A stretch of DNA of 64,000 nt, taken from Lingula anatina. Its lineage: Eukaryota; Animalia; Brachiopoda. This document shows positions 50,101-64,000 of the stretch, piece after piece. Each line of letters starts with the position of its first letter. Position 1 is the first letter of the stretch. The notes below the pieces were generated by a model, which did not search any database, was not told the origin of the DNA, and was given only the letters and a program-made list of their open reading frames with translations. The stretch covers positions 2,418,001 to 2,482,000 of the forward strand of contig CM120646.1 of the NCBI GenBank assembly GCA_051362555.1, written 5' to 3'. A program made the translations under genes and the position numbers.

Positions 50101-53100
50101 ATTCGAACACTGTCAACAACAAAATGAGAGCTCATGGAGCAAATGCTTACCTGTCCATAAATGTTTTGTGACTTATAGTGACTTTAAAGATTCACTTTCA
50201 CATCAGTTCAGAATAAGGCGAATTTCATAATTATAAACCTTTTATTGAATTTGAAATATTTTCTATTCAGAATTATATCAACAGTACTAGACAAACTTTT
50301 CTCAGTTTTTGGAATTCTCTTAGGTCAATCACCCTAGCTCAGCTATCTTAGATCTTAGATAGTTGAGCTAGAGTGAGTGACCCTAGTAAATTCAAAGAAC
50401 TCAGAAAACCTTCTATCTGCTCAACTAACGCACTTTTTTATCACAATCATCCACATCAAGGTCCGTCTCCTTGTTCATCTTGGCCACACATGTGGATATT
50501 CAACATCAAAGTGGTGGTTTACAAAGCAATTTGTGGGATATGAGACAGCAAATGGAAAATTAGTTCAAATCCTTTGACACAAAGCTTCTACTAAAGGCTA
50601 TTTGTAAAAGAAATTTGAAGATCTAGAAAAAAGAGAAAATTATGGAAATCCCATGAGCTAGTTCCAAGAATATGTTTTTTCTGCCATAGCATTACGTCAT
50701 CAACATCATATCACTGAAGATGCAAGGATGTGGGTAATGGCAAAAAAAAGCTCTTGGAGAGGCTGTCACCATTTTTCAAAATCACCAATTTCAATACCCT
50801 ATAATATCCCAAAGCTGTTTAGCACCCAAATAAAACAGGACTTGGTTATCAGTACCATCACAGACAATCTCTCTGTTCTGCCGAGGCCCTGAACAAGCAT
50901 ACCAAAGACCACTTCATGTTAACCCATACATTAGTAGCACATCTTACGTAATCTGTACAGCTAGTTTTTATCACCATCATAAGTATAGTAATACTCTTAC
51001 CATGTGCAAGTCTGAGTAAAAAACACAAATATACCTGTCTGGGGCCCAAAAGAAGTGTTCCAAAAACCAACAATGTGTGGGAACAGTAGAACGAATCAAT
51101 ACAAGTATTGATTTTTATCTGTCTGGTTGCTTCTCTGTGGTATGGCTGAATAGCATGCATAACGGATTAAGTCTCGGAGAGAAAACGCCACATGCATGAT
51201 TTTCTACTTATTTTTACTTAAGTTCTGGCAATATCAAGCCCACATGCCATGCCCTGGTGTGTGCACACGAGAGTTATCGGTCAGTTAATGAGCAAGGAAC
51301 TCACTGGAGACCTACATAGGGAATACTTCTACATTTCTGCTAGGAAAAAATACTAGTACTTTAAGTTTATATACAAATTATAAAATGATTTATTGTCAAA
51401 ACCTTATCTAATGCTTTGAATTTTAGCCAGCGCTGTGAAAATGTATCCTGAAAAATCCCTGATAAATTGCCAGGAAACCTACGTTTCTGTGAGCATCATG
51501 TAACTGCGACTGCCCTAATTTTGCAATTTCCATGCAGGCAGTGTCATAAATCACTTGTCAATGAAACTGCTGATTAAAAAAATTCTCTGAATTGAAGTAA
51601 CAGTTACCTTGATATATGATTTGCAGTTGGGTTAAATTTTTCAGATGATTTTTCACGCTATTACCAATTTGAAATGGAATTTGTCAAAACACGGTAGTTA
51701 TCTATTATGTAGAATCCCCAAAACAGCATTGTGTCAAAATGTATTGCTGTAAACACAATTGATCTATATATATTAAATCAACCATCATACAATTATTTTT
51801 TCTGCTTTGTCTCTGTTTTTTTTCATCATTAACTTTGTCAACCTATAATGAAGAAGCAAAGTAAATGCAGCATGCACGTTGTGCCATGTGAATACTCTGT
51901 AACAGAACAGATCTGGGCAGTATTCATGTTATCTTCCTGTCTACTCAGATATCTGGACTGAAGCTTGGGTGTACATACCAGGAGCCTTTATTCAGAGTTT
52001 TAAAAAATAGCTAATCATAAGTGTAGGCTAAAACAAAGAATTTATTTTACTTTAACTTACAGTAATTAACTTTGAAAAAGAGTAATTTGTAAAAAAAACT
52101 TTAAAAAGCTAATGCCACACAAACATTTTTGTTCACAATAAAAAGACACAATCTCAGCCAAATAACAACTAGTAGGTCTGTTTTAGCCAAAACTCATTCC
52201 TGCAAACTGATGATATTCTGGAAAACCTTAATCACCTAGACATCTCTTTTAACTAGGCAAATATGTCAGAAAAAAAAATATCCACAAACTTTTAACAGTG
52301 CAAGCCTATAAGCTGGTACTGTACACATCTTGCCAAGATACGTAAGTCTTTAGATTTTTGTACCAAGCAAGGTTTTGAACCGATGTTCCAATGCACTCCA
52401 GTGCCACCACATCTCCCGAGAACATCTATTATTCACATCCAAACATGCACAATTTTAATGATGGCCAAATAACATGACATTTCTCAATTACATAAGAACC
52501 CTCTGGGTCCATAAGCATTTTCCTGCAAGGCAATGGCAATCCCTTCAATTCATTGATGTAAAGAATGCTACAAGTATATATAAAGACACAGAAATAGCAG
52601 GTACCAGTACAACCACACGCACAAAGAATGGTTCTGGAAAGAATTGGGAATTTGCTGACTCTTGCCATAAAGCATACCGAGTGTCTTGAAATGGTCTACT
52701 CAGAAAGTCAAAAACCATTCTGATAAAGTACAAGATATGTGACTTCTTATTTGTCATTAATCATCATCATAATATTGGGTATAATATATTGAACTGCTAA
52801 AATCTTGACAGAATGATCAATGTAGAGAAGGAAAAATATAATCACATCTTTTAATGATCAATAATTTGCAGACAGACTCATGTGGCCATTGAAAGTGAAC
52901 CAGTTGCCAAGTTATTTTTTTCCATATCATTTTTGTCTGGGATGTTTGCATCTTAGATATCTTGTTTTTATCAGACAAAAAAGCTTAATCAGTTCAGCTC
53001 TGGATGGATACTTTTCTGAGGAAACTTATTCTTGATAATAACATAATGACAAAGTTGTAAGTGATAATGACATAGTTATTAGTGAAAATCCTGGTGAAAT

Positions 53101-53925
53101 TAGTCAAATCATTTGCTCTAAACATGATAGACATCCCTGTTACCATGGCACAGTAACTAAACAATACAGCATTTTCTCTCTGACATTTTGCACTGTCAAG
53201 GAGATGATGCAGGTCTCTTTTCAAATTGCATGTTCTGGAAATTCATATAAAATGCATTCTGTTACAGTCCCAACTGAAAATCCCAGTGCACATAGTTGGA
53301 ATCATTATGTCTAATATATTTTCCAATTCAACATCCCTTGTCTTTTTGATATTTCCCCCCTGCCTTTCTTCTGCCTCTTGGAAAAAATAAAAACAATTTA
53401 TGCCCTATCTTGTTTCAGAAACTGTCTCATCGATCTGACTTAAGTACCTGAAAGAAGCATCCTTGGTGAAGTGGAGTTAGGCGAACCTTGAAAATGTCTT
53501 ACTTAGCTGCAGGTGATCTTGTAAAATCACTCCAAGTTTCAAATGACTTAACTCACAGATACTTTGTCCAGACATGTTGTCTAGGGGTGAGTTCACACCC
53601 AACATTGAGGGTGCATTATCAACAACTCTATCATACTAGATACTGTGTACTAGTACTAATTCCACTTAACACACCTCCTCCTGGAGAATACAGAAAAGCA
53701 GGTAATGATATGACAACATATATCTCTTGTACTGATAGAATTCAAGAACAGCCCATGTGGACTGTTGTCCAAAAGAAAAATTACTAACAAATACATATCA
53801 TTTTTCTCAGCCAACATGAAATATGTTATTCCACTGGCAAGAAGAAGTCAATGCGGCATCATTTATCTTAATTTTCCATTAGCCAGATATAATCTAAATT
53901 ACTGTCATCTTGTAACTTGTAACAT

Positions 53926-54145
53926 TAGGGCGCATTCCCATAGATTTTAGATCGATCTATCCCTGTGGGGAGTCTCACTAGATTACTGTCAGATAATCCG
54001 GCTTAAATGTCTGTCCCGCCTACTACAAGCTGTAAGGGGGTAATTAACTTCCGTGCGCGGTCGGCTGACTGCAATTTAGTGTGAACCCCTAGGGAGTTAT
54101 GTCGATCTAGTAAGATGGATCTAAATCTCTGGAAATGCCCTCTTA
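53926..54145 (+). mobile_element. MITE family X, copy 4
   Basis: TTA|GGGCGCATTCCCA ... GGAAATGCCCTC|TTA. Confidence 0.88.
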
Positions 54146-57100
54146 CTCTTTAACAGTCACTGAAAATTGGATTTTCCACGTAACCAATAAAAAATTGGCA
54201 ACCACTGTCAAGCATTTTCACTTTCTACATTCAAAAAATGCCAGCAAAAAGATACTGATCAAAATTTCATAAGATAACATGAGTCAAGGTAACTTTTTTT
54301 TTCGTCTCTTTCTCCTGGCATTTACGTCTGTCTCAACATATTACCTAACACCGTGGCAGCCATCCTGTCCAGACATAAGGAAATCAATACTCCACGTGCC
54401 CCATCTGTCACAAAAGGAAACTTGAAAAAAAAAAAATTCTGACTCACAGGAGATGAGATACAGTAACTGATGATGTTTTCTTCTTGGGGTTATTGATGCA
54501 CATTTATGAAAACAACCGTCACTTTCTCACGTAGTTACTTCATAGATGCTATCACCCAAAATGGCAACAAATTAAAAACCCATTGGAAACATCGTGATGT
54601 ATGGAGAATTCATTTCCTTGACATTTTTCTAACATGAAGTCGTATATCAAACAATCCAGCGTGACATACTGTTTCAAAGGAATGGAGATCAAGTAATCGG
54701 TCACGTAATCGTTTGCCGTACCATTTTCAATCACCCTGAATCACCCTGTAGCAAAGAGACTAGCAAAAGAAATGGTCTTTGGCATAACCTGGCCACGGTT
54801 GACCTGACCACGGTGGAAACTCTCATTTGTCCTCCCTTTAGTAAATATTTCTAGCATAACCTTAAAAGAAGAGAGCCTGAATTTAATGCAATGAATAAGT
54901 TTTTTTTTTAACGTATTTCATTGTATTTAACAAAAGCAGTCCTGCAGCCAGTAATTTCCAAGGGGAGTTTGTTTTCCAACTTGATAAAACCTTGTACATA
55001 TAATTCTGATTCAGAGGGGACCTTATTTGGCCAGAAGGGTTGTTCTTTCCCCCCCCCCCCCCCCCCCCCTCCATCTAATGGCTGGGCAAGTCCATATCTC
55101 TGACAAATAGAAATCCTTGTTTTGTCTGTTTGGCAATTTTAATGGTTTCTTAGCAGATTTATTTACATTTTTTCAGACACGTCTGAACTACTTGTCAATG
55201 AGTTGAATCAAAATCAAAACTCCTCTTACATACCACATAATAAGCTCAAGTAATATAGCATCAAAGGAAGAAAGCAAATTCTATCAAGAAAACTACCCAG
55301 CTGCAATTGTTTATGTTGAAATCATCCACAGATAAACTCTGACACTTTCTGTATTGAAAACTGGCACGTACAACACATGATATGTGATTTTAGCTATGAA
55401 AACAACAGGTTTACAGGAAGAAAAGTGTCAAACACAATCCTCACAGCTTACCCTGCATTGGGAAAAGGCACATTACTATGTTGATTGCAATTAATTAAAG
55501 TATAATGCCACAATAAGTATTTCCTGAAAGCTTGCAGTCTCAGTCGATAAAGTCTATGGGACGTCTAATGCATCCTTATCTATATTTGAGCCTAAAATAA
55601 AAACTGACTCACCCTTATAGCAACATACACCCACTAGAATGCACACTTTGTATCCCCAATGTCTGTGAAAATATGGATGGAAAAAATCAATGACAAATAC
55701 ATTAGCTCTTCAACAATTCGTGAGTCAGAGATCCGTAGGCGTGAAATCAATGGCAACTTTTGTCTGTTCTGTAAATCTGGCCTATGAAATGTCACTAGGT
55801 ATCATACGTGTCACTTTCATGAGTTACAGCAAGAGTAAAATTGGTTATGTGTCTCAAATTTTATGTGAGAAAAAACTAATGAAATTTAAGATTGCTCCCG
55901 TTTTCAACAAAAGACTAAATATGTTGCAATGAAAATGAAATCTTGATATGTTGAACATTATAGAGCAAGGTTTATTTCTCTATCTACCCTTACCCATGAC
56001 AACTATTTTACAATCCACATCCATATTAAAACATAAACACACATACACACTCACACACACACGCATGCACGCACACACACACACACACAGCATCTTCTGC
56101 CCTATGTATTTCCCCATGGTTAAATCTCGACTACTCAAGATCACCCTTGAGATTCATTCTTCCCAGTTTTTAACAGTACCTGCTGTATGGGAGGGTCAAC
56201 CTCTTCAGTTCACCACTAAGAGCAGTATTGACAAGTCACAAATGACCTTGGCTGAACCTGTAGAAATAAATAAAATATATCTATTAGTATATATTTAAAT
56301 AATATAAAACTCTTGCAATCACTTTTCATCAGAATGATTAAAAAGTTGCATAATCTCGAATAACTTAAAGGCAGGTATATTTTATCCGGAGTTATGGGAA
56401 ATATGACAGTAAACTCCGAATGCTCTCTCTATATCCTTCTCTGTAACTTCCAATCCCTACTAGTAACCACCATTGTCACCTGATGTGCCAAACAATACGG
56501 TAACCTTAAAATAGAAGCCATTTGTACAATTTTCTTGGAATTCAACTTATGGCAAATCCCAAGGGTTACATTCTGTGCGTCAACTGATTTGTCAAAGCTA
56601 TGTGACTCCTTATTCCAACCTTTGGCAAAATGTGTCGAAAATTTTACCATCAGTCAGTCTTGCAAATTAAGTTATCACCTCGTTTTCTTTGACATTGTCC
56701 TTTACAGGAGCAGGTCTATGAACAGTTAGGTATAGGTATATGTTTAGTCTACACAGGTATGCATACGGCACACTTCATTACGTAATGGTCCTTCATACTT
56801 CAATACCCCCTAATTATAACCAAGGCTTAACCTTACAAACTGTTACAATAGCGGGGTGCCCCAGATATAAGTACCTGTCAACAATCAGCACACCTGTGCT
56901 GCAGTCTCAGCTTAAAGCGTGGCCTATAATATCCCATTCATTTCTAGCTCACTGTAGCAGACATTTAACTTAAAAGATTAAGGGCAAATTTAATTTTGCC
57001 CAGTCAGTGACCAAAGCTTTAAAGAATAAATAGAGAATTATATTTTTTACCAGTCAAAAAATTCACTGCATAAATTAATCACTGAACACCAAAAAGCGTG

Positions 57101-58398
57101 TTGATGTTGCAGAATTTTTGTGCTCCCTGTGCTTCTCAAGGTTAAGTCCTACAGTACAGGTAAAGTCAGTATAACATTAACTTACCGACAGACACTTGAA
57201 GGTTCAAATAATCTTGCCACTGTATATAGTCTTGTTTGGCCAGAAAGCCTGCAAGATATAATGAATTCAATTAAATTTATTTTCCCACATATCACGAATA
57301 CTAGTGAACACATTTAATGAAAAAATTGTGTCATTTAGGAATCTTATCTTAATCATGTCATTTTATTCTACAAAATGACAAACAAAATCCGATATTCATT
57401 TTCACATACAAGGCAAATTTACTGCATAATAATTCATCCCCAGTAAAAAATATAAGCCCGCACCTTAATTACTGCAGGTTACGCTGACCCATAAGCTCTC
57501 ATTTAGCTGACCTAGACTTCAGACTTTCACGTATCATGTCAAGTAAAAAAGAGAGCCGATTTCCATCATTCTGGAGAGAGCTTACAATGTGCGTCATATA
57601 TATTTAATTTCCTGTTTTATGCAAATAGATGATATTATTTAGGGCTTATACAGCAGAGTTCAATCTAAAGGGGAAGTTAGAACTGCCTACCAGTAAATAT
57701 GTTGGTTCTATACTATATCATGGGGACTACTAAATGTAGGGTTTTCTGGTGAGAAATGTACCCTAGTAATTGATCAGTTACTGAGATGGACTGAGATTTA
57801 TATCTATGGACACAATATGTAGGAAAACATTGCTGCAGGACAACAGTGAACTTTACCGGTAGAAGTTTCCGTGAATATGTCTAGACCTTCAATATCCTAT
57901 AAATATACAGTACACGTATATAAGAGATACTGGTAGACAAAATGGCAATTACATATTTTTTCTCTACACCTTGAGGTTCATTCTTATAGCTATTAAAAGT
58001 TATATTTACTCAATGCACCTCAAGAGCCCAATACATGAATAGTGTTTTCCGCAATTGCTCCATAGGGCAAGAATGTTTACAATCAACTTGCAATAAAATT
58101 TGCATTAGATATATTAGCAGCTGATCTGTTTGACAAATCAAGGTAAATTCCAACCTGCTGGGCTGTATTGATGTTAATGAAATATGTCTGGTTAAAATGT
58201 CAATCTTGGGCTTCCCAGATCATACCTATGGCAAAATGGCGACCACCACATTTATGACCCAAAATCACCTTCAGGTTTACCAGTAGCACTAAAACAGGTC
58301 ACTTTTGTTATGCTTTCGATGCTGGAGCAAGGCACTGCAATTTAGTAAATCTATGGAGCGTTTTAAGATGATGCTTTTATTGGCTCATTTCCATTGTT

Positions 58399-58816
58399 AC
58401 TATCTGTCTGCATACATAGGGCGTATTCCCAGACATTTAGATCGATCTATCCCCGTGGGGAGTCTCACTAGATTACTGTCAGATAATCCGGCTTAAATGT
58501 CCGTCCCTCCTACTACAAGCTGTAAGGGGGTAATTAACTTTTGTGCCCGCTCGGCTGACAGCTATTTAGCGTGAACCCCCAGGGAGTTAGGTCGATCTAA
58601 AGTAGATCGAACTAATCTCTGGGAATGGGGTCATAGATTGCTCCAACTCTGCATGGACTCTCGCTGAATGCAATCAGATTAACATGCCTCTTCCACGTAC
58701 TTGTATAGTCACCAGCTTTTCTGTTCTCTACTCAACACCAGGGAAGTTAATCTGATAACCTGATTACATTCAGCGAGATCCCTGCAGAGTTGGATCATTC
58801 TGTGTAGACTGATAGT
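58399..58816. mobile_element. TIR element (MITE Y) interrupted by MITE X copy 5
   Basis: Inverted arms ctccaactctgcatgg..ctcgctgaatgcaatcag / ctgattacattcagcgaga..cctgcagagttgga; outer ends actatc(t)gtct / agactgatagt. Confidence 0.65.
58417..58635 (+). mobile_element. MITE family X, copy 5
   Basis: ATA|GGGCGTATTCCCA ... TGGGAATGGGGTC|ATA. Confidence 0.88.
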
Positions 58817-60623
58817 TTCATTGGGCCACCTTCTGGTTTAAAGCTGAGCTGATGTGAATGCATACAGGGACAGGAGAGCTTGGTATTAGCAGCTAGACAA
58901 GTAGGAAAAACGTGTTTGCTCTCCACATCACAACCTGTGGCTGAATGTACACACATTCCATCTTCTTAACACTGGGGTATTCAGTGCTGTGTTGATGTTA
59001 GACACAGGTACATTACAAAGACAAACATCTCAATCTGAAAGCACCAGAAGGCACCTTGGTTATTGCTGTAGATCTGTGGACAGAGTCATGTTTACTGTGT
59101 TTCTACTGAACTGCCTTCTGCTCACCCCATTCTTAGCTACTTGAGCAAAATTATTCATGGCGAGCAAGCACAATTTTCCTCAAGTAGCTGAGAACTATTC
59201 ATTCAAATGCAACAGAAAAAATATGATGAAAAGCAGAAAACACAAAAAGAGACAGATTTTATGCATCTGTTTATACTGGGTTGTTTGTTTCCGACTCACA
59301 TTGAACTAAATTCTGAGTTAAAACAGTGATAAACTGGCCCAAAATAGTCAAAGACAAGCATTTTTCTCTGACTGTATACTAGTAATCATCATTAGCTTCT
59401 AAAGAAAACGTAAACCAACCACGAAAGAGTGCACACTAGTAAATGTTTTCGCCTTACATGCCTGTGGTAAAACTGAGCAGGTTATATCATAACACAGAGA
59501 AAGAGCCTCCATGCTCATCATGCCATGATAAGATACTTGCCTCCAGAAAAATGTTTTGAAGCTGGAAATAATTAGTAGGAGCAAGCAAGCAACACAGCAG
59601 TTACTTCTCTCAATAAGCTCCTAATCCTGGACACTTAATGCTAAAACTTCCATCTTTCTACTGTATTAGATCAGAATGTCTGTTACCTTTTACGTAAGAT
59701 TTCAGATATACATGTCAATGGCGAGCAATTTTTTTGCCAAACGCTTTCAGATTCATAATTAACTCTGGCAAATGGAATAAAAAATATTATGATTTATTAT
59801 TTCATCATTTATCATTTATTCATTTACAGCAGATTCTATCTGTATTACTCACAGTCATATACCTCAGGATGTGAAAAGCCTTTTCAGCTCCTTTACCCTA
59901 GTCCTTACTGATTCAAAACAGACCTTCTTTTGAATGAGTTCATTACCACTATCAAACATCCATCACCATGATCCAACTACTTAAAACACGCGTCTATCAC
60001 ACTTTTCACATCTAAACGCTGATAAAAAGCAATGAAAATATTTGTCTACGCTTTGGGAGATTTGCAAAGGCTAACCTGGGTTTATTTGAGATTGCTACCT
60101 TCTTGATAAATATGTTTGAGTCCGTGTTTGAAGTTTTTGATAAAAAATCAATTTGGAACCATAAGACTTGAACTTGGCTCGAAGCCATCAGAATCTGTGA
60201 AGGTTCGCTGAACTTGTTCACAAAGAAAAAAGCCAGATTTTATGGTCTGAGAAAAGGGAAACTCAACATTATTTTCCATCTCCATACATCTTTTCTTAGA
60301 AGTTCTCTAGAAGATTTCATGTTTTCCCATTTCTATTCCCATCAATAATAGAAGTACTGGTACGTACAATTTTTAATTTCCTGTCTCTTTTTTTAAAGTA
60401 TTTAGGAACATGTTACAGATGGAATGCACTGTTAAATGGCTCTTCAGGATACAGGAACTCGGTAAGCATGAAATGACTAAGTAGCTATAATATCGGATGT
60501 TCAGCTCTTTAATTCTGTCTATATTTATTTTACCTACTTTACATTATATGCCTACTGGAATGCTGGTCATAAAAAATAGTTTTAACCTATGGGGCAGTGA
60601 TGTTTTCAACCATTCATCAAAGA

Positions 60624-60791
60624 CAGACCCGTAGCCAGAGGGGGTTCGGGGGGTTCGAAAGAACCGCCCCTTTTGCTGAGAAAAGGTCCACTCTGGGTAA
60701 AAGTTGAACTAGGTATATTATGTTTTTATGGGAAAAGGTCCATTTTTCCAGAAAAAGAACCCCCATTTTGAAATTGCTGGCTATGGGCCTG
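60624..60791. mobile_element. Small MITE with CAG..CTG termini and 5-bp TSD
   Basis: aaaga|CAGACCCGTAGCCAG ... CTGGCTATGGGCCTG|aaaga. Confidence 0.8.
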
Positions 60792-63470
60792 AAAGACCTG
60801 GTCACATGGCTAACTCATTGATGTCAGTTCCAGAAGACCAACTGAAGACCTTTTGATGATGGGTCGATACTAGGTCATGCCTTAAAGGTGAGAAAGAGGA
60901 TGTCTACTAGTAGATGCTTTTAGTTTTCCCCATTATTATACTTTCATGAAACAATTAAAAACATTTCACTATTATCAGTATTTGTTCACCTTGGTCTTTT
61001 GATATACTGTCTAGCACAACCCAGGACACTTTTTAGTATGGGCATTTTCAAAACCAAGTGGCACGTTTTCTGAACTGTTCCAGTTAGAGAAATTGACAGT
61101 TAAACAGCCTATGTCATGACAGTCGCCGAATGGAACCCTCCAACACACTGAAAGTTAACCACTTAATTAATAAATTAAGTTGAATGGTATACAGGGCATG
61201 TGAAAGGGAGTACCCCCCCCCCATCTCCATAACTGTACCACTCCATGTGAAAAGGGCCTTATGAATCACATCTTAAAAGAAGTCCTTTTTGTAAATGATG
61301 AATATTTGATTTTTACCAAATAAATGGTGAAGAATAATCAACATATTATGGAAATAAAATAACATCAGTTCATTACTGAATTTTAATTAGCTTCATCAAG
61401 AGGAAGAATGCAATTATTATTTTCTATGCTTCAGCCAGTACCAAAGTTCTTTTAGAATCTTAGCCATTTGGTGATTATTACACCTTTACCCTCCTAAGCT
61501 CACGACTTCAAAGATACCAATGTGGAACTGGCATTCATGAGCAAGAGTTTCTCAATATGATGACTCATACATTCCCAATATTTCCTGGAGTAAGTTTTAA
61601 GGCAGACTGTCCAAGTAGATGAGCAATGCATAATTTGCTCTTCAGCTAGTCATCTCTGCTTCTTTTCAGAGAGCCAAATAAAGTTGAAAAGTAAACCAAA
61701 AAGATTCTGAATTCTTGATTTCATAATAATTGCAAACGCTAAGTCTAAAACAACACAGATAGTAATCATCATCATAATTTAAACTGTCATTTGACAAACA
61801 TCAATATCATAATTTGTGTTCAATCTTTTCTGCAAAGGTCAATTTAAACATAGGGAATTAAGCAGAGCTATGAGGACTAAAATGCACAAAAGACACCTTC
61901 ATTTTTAATTTCTGAAGAGATAGGAAAACTTGGATCATACTCTCTTTTATTTAAAAAAAACGAAAAACAAAAAGCAGTGATTGATGTAGAAAGTATACTT
62001 TGAAGGTTAATACTGACAGACACGCAAGTCCAGAAAACTTCAAGATGGATACAATATGATTATATAGGAGGGGAAGAAGTAATTACAATTTGAATTAAAT
62101 ATTTTCCTAATCCTATTTAATCTTGCACTTTTTTGTCGAGGCCTGCATTCTCTAAGTGCTCTTTAATTTTTGTCTTTATTTCTCCTCCCCCCCCCCCCCA
62201 AAAAAAAAAAAAAATCTAATTTCTAATTCAAATCCCTACAGAAGCACCAAGAACTTTTTTAACCTGGCATGACATTTCCCTCAGAAAGGAACTCTATCAA
62301 TCCACTTTTCCTTTAAACTGAGACCACATGAATTCTAAATTATGAACAAGACCCCAACTCAAGGAGCTTATCACACTTTTTTTTGTGGACTGATATATAC
62401 CATATTTTGGCAATAAATTTCCAAGCAAACGTCAAAACTCATATTACTCGTTTTAATTATATTTATCAATACTTTATTCAGAGCCATGGTACTTTCTTAT
62501 TAAGGAATACTCATAGAAACTTCCTGTACTCTTCTATATATTAAAAATGAATTAAGAAAAGATTATCCTTATTAAAAACACATCAATTTTATCTACAAGC
62601 AAAGGACTATAATCGACATTCCAAAAAAAAAAAAAAAAAGGCCCACTGCTTTACCATTCTGAACCCCACCCAAACATCAAATTAAAATACAGCAATTACC
62701 ACAATCAATTAATCTATATCTTTATATGGCATTTATAATGGGTATAGCTAAAACACAGAGCGGATATGGTGAGGAACAATAGTCCATTCCAGTAATTCTA
62801 GTCAAAGCTATCTGTTGGCTGATAACCAGAATATATCTTGTCTAAATAACCAAACTTCTATCCTAGTGCTAAAACAAGCATACACCATCTAACTTGATCT
62901 GGGTGATCTAGATCTTAGGAATCTGGAACTGGGTAGATGGCAAGGCTTGTTCACATTTAATTTATGTATAAGGCAGAGATAAAAAGTTGTGTGATTTTAG
63001 CAGCCTTTTGCAGCATATTTGAAGTACAAGTGTACATTATTAAAACTATAAAAAAATGGCTGGCTATGAACAATGGTCAGTGCAAATTACTCACATATTG
63101 TAACATATGGTATATATGGTATTGGCTTAACAATTCTGAAATACATTTTACATAATATAAAGAGCTTTTTTCTTGACATTCCATTATTTTTAATTTTTCA
63201 AACCATAAATACATCTCCCAATCTAGAGCAAGTCACAGGCATTTTTCAAATTCAAGCACAAGACGCACTTTCTGTGCAATTATCTCCTCTTTCCTGCGCA
63301 GTGTAAAGATCTAGTCTTCTCTATGCTGTCTGATCACCCAAGAGAAAATCAATAATTTGCTGTCTTTTCCATCACAAAACAATCCATTATATGGTGGCTA
63401 GAGGGCAGATAAAGATTAATGATCATGTTACTGCTATGAAATGTATATGAGAGAGAAACAAGAAATTATG

Positions 63471-63475
<5 letters not shown>

Positions 63476-63514
<39 letters not shown>
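63476..63514. repeat. (GA)n microsatellite
   Basis: Direct reading of the sequence. Confidence 0.95.
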
Positions 63515-63518
<4 letters not shown>

Positions 63519-64000
63519 ACTTAAGGGCTGTAATGGAATGATTACTGGAAAAAATCCTATCATATACTGTACATCAATACACTTTTGCAGAGATAGCTTG
63601 TTAAGAAGTAGAATTCATTGTCAGACTTCAGTTAATGAATCACCTGACAGCGGGGAAAAAAAAAAGATTTGACAGCTATATACCACTTATTCCTTTGGCC
63701 TTTGTATCCAACTCCCAGTTTCAATAGGCTAATTCCTGTTTCTACCTTCTTTTTAAATAGGTCTAAAAAGCAACTATTCACTCCAGGCAAAGAAGCACAA
63801 TGCAACGATGGCACGTACCATACTGCCCCTGAAGCTTAATCCATTAACTGCAAAATTAAATATCTCTGGGCTGGGAATCTTAACCACTTAATCGTTGGTC
63901 CGCTGGGAGAGGGCAAGCAGATGCTACCTTCTCCTTGTCACACCAACGACAAGATGATGACCACTACGAAAACAGATGGTGACATTCTCTCTGGGGCTTA

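Noticed and set aside
47130-64000. Short 60-116 aa ORFs in the track
   Set aside because: No recognisable motifs; consistent with chance ORFs in intronic/intergenic DNA and repeats.

Overview
AT-rich, intron-rich animal genomic DNA; an invertebrate, probably lophotrochozoan/mollusc-like, is an inference only. All recognisable genes are on the minus strand, and I assembled their exons by hand from splice signals and reading-frame phase. (1) Two tandem 4-exon paralogues of the folate-receptor/riboflavin-binding-protein fold (154-4389 and 7056-11232), apparently secreted with no GPI signal. (2) A gene with 6 coding exons (12142-15853) for a secreted single-LamG protein resembling the last LamG of Neurexin-IV/Caspr, followed by 18 x 12-aa Pro/Glu/Ser repeats. 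(3) A large MAP2/tau/MAP4-family gene (CDS 46270->21689, about 1369 aa) with an acidic projection domain, a Pro-rich region, 13 tubulin-binding repeats plus R', and a candidate C-terminal ETAV PDZ ligand. (4) An intronless 640-aa ORF made almost entirely of 16 tau repeats, nested in the last intron of (3), with a candidate internal promoter (X-box/MYB-like motifs). The rest is introns/UTR with RTE-LINE remnants, several MITE families and microsatellites. I saw no prokaryotic system, CRISPR array, rRNA or tRNA.
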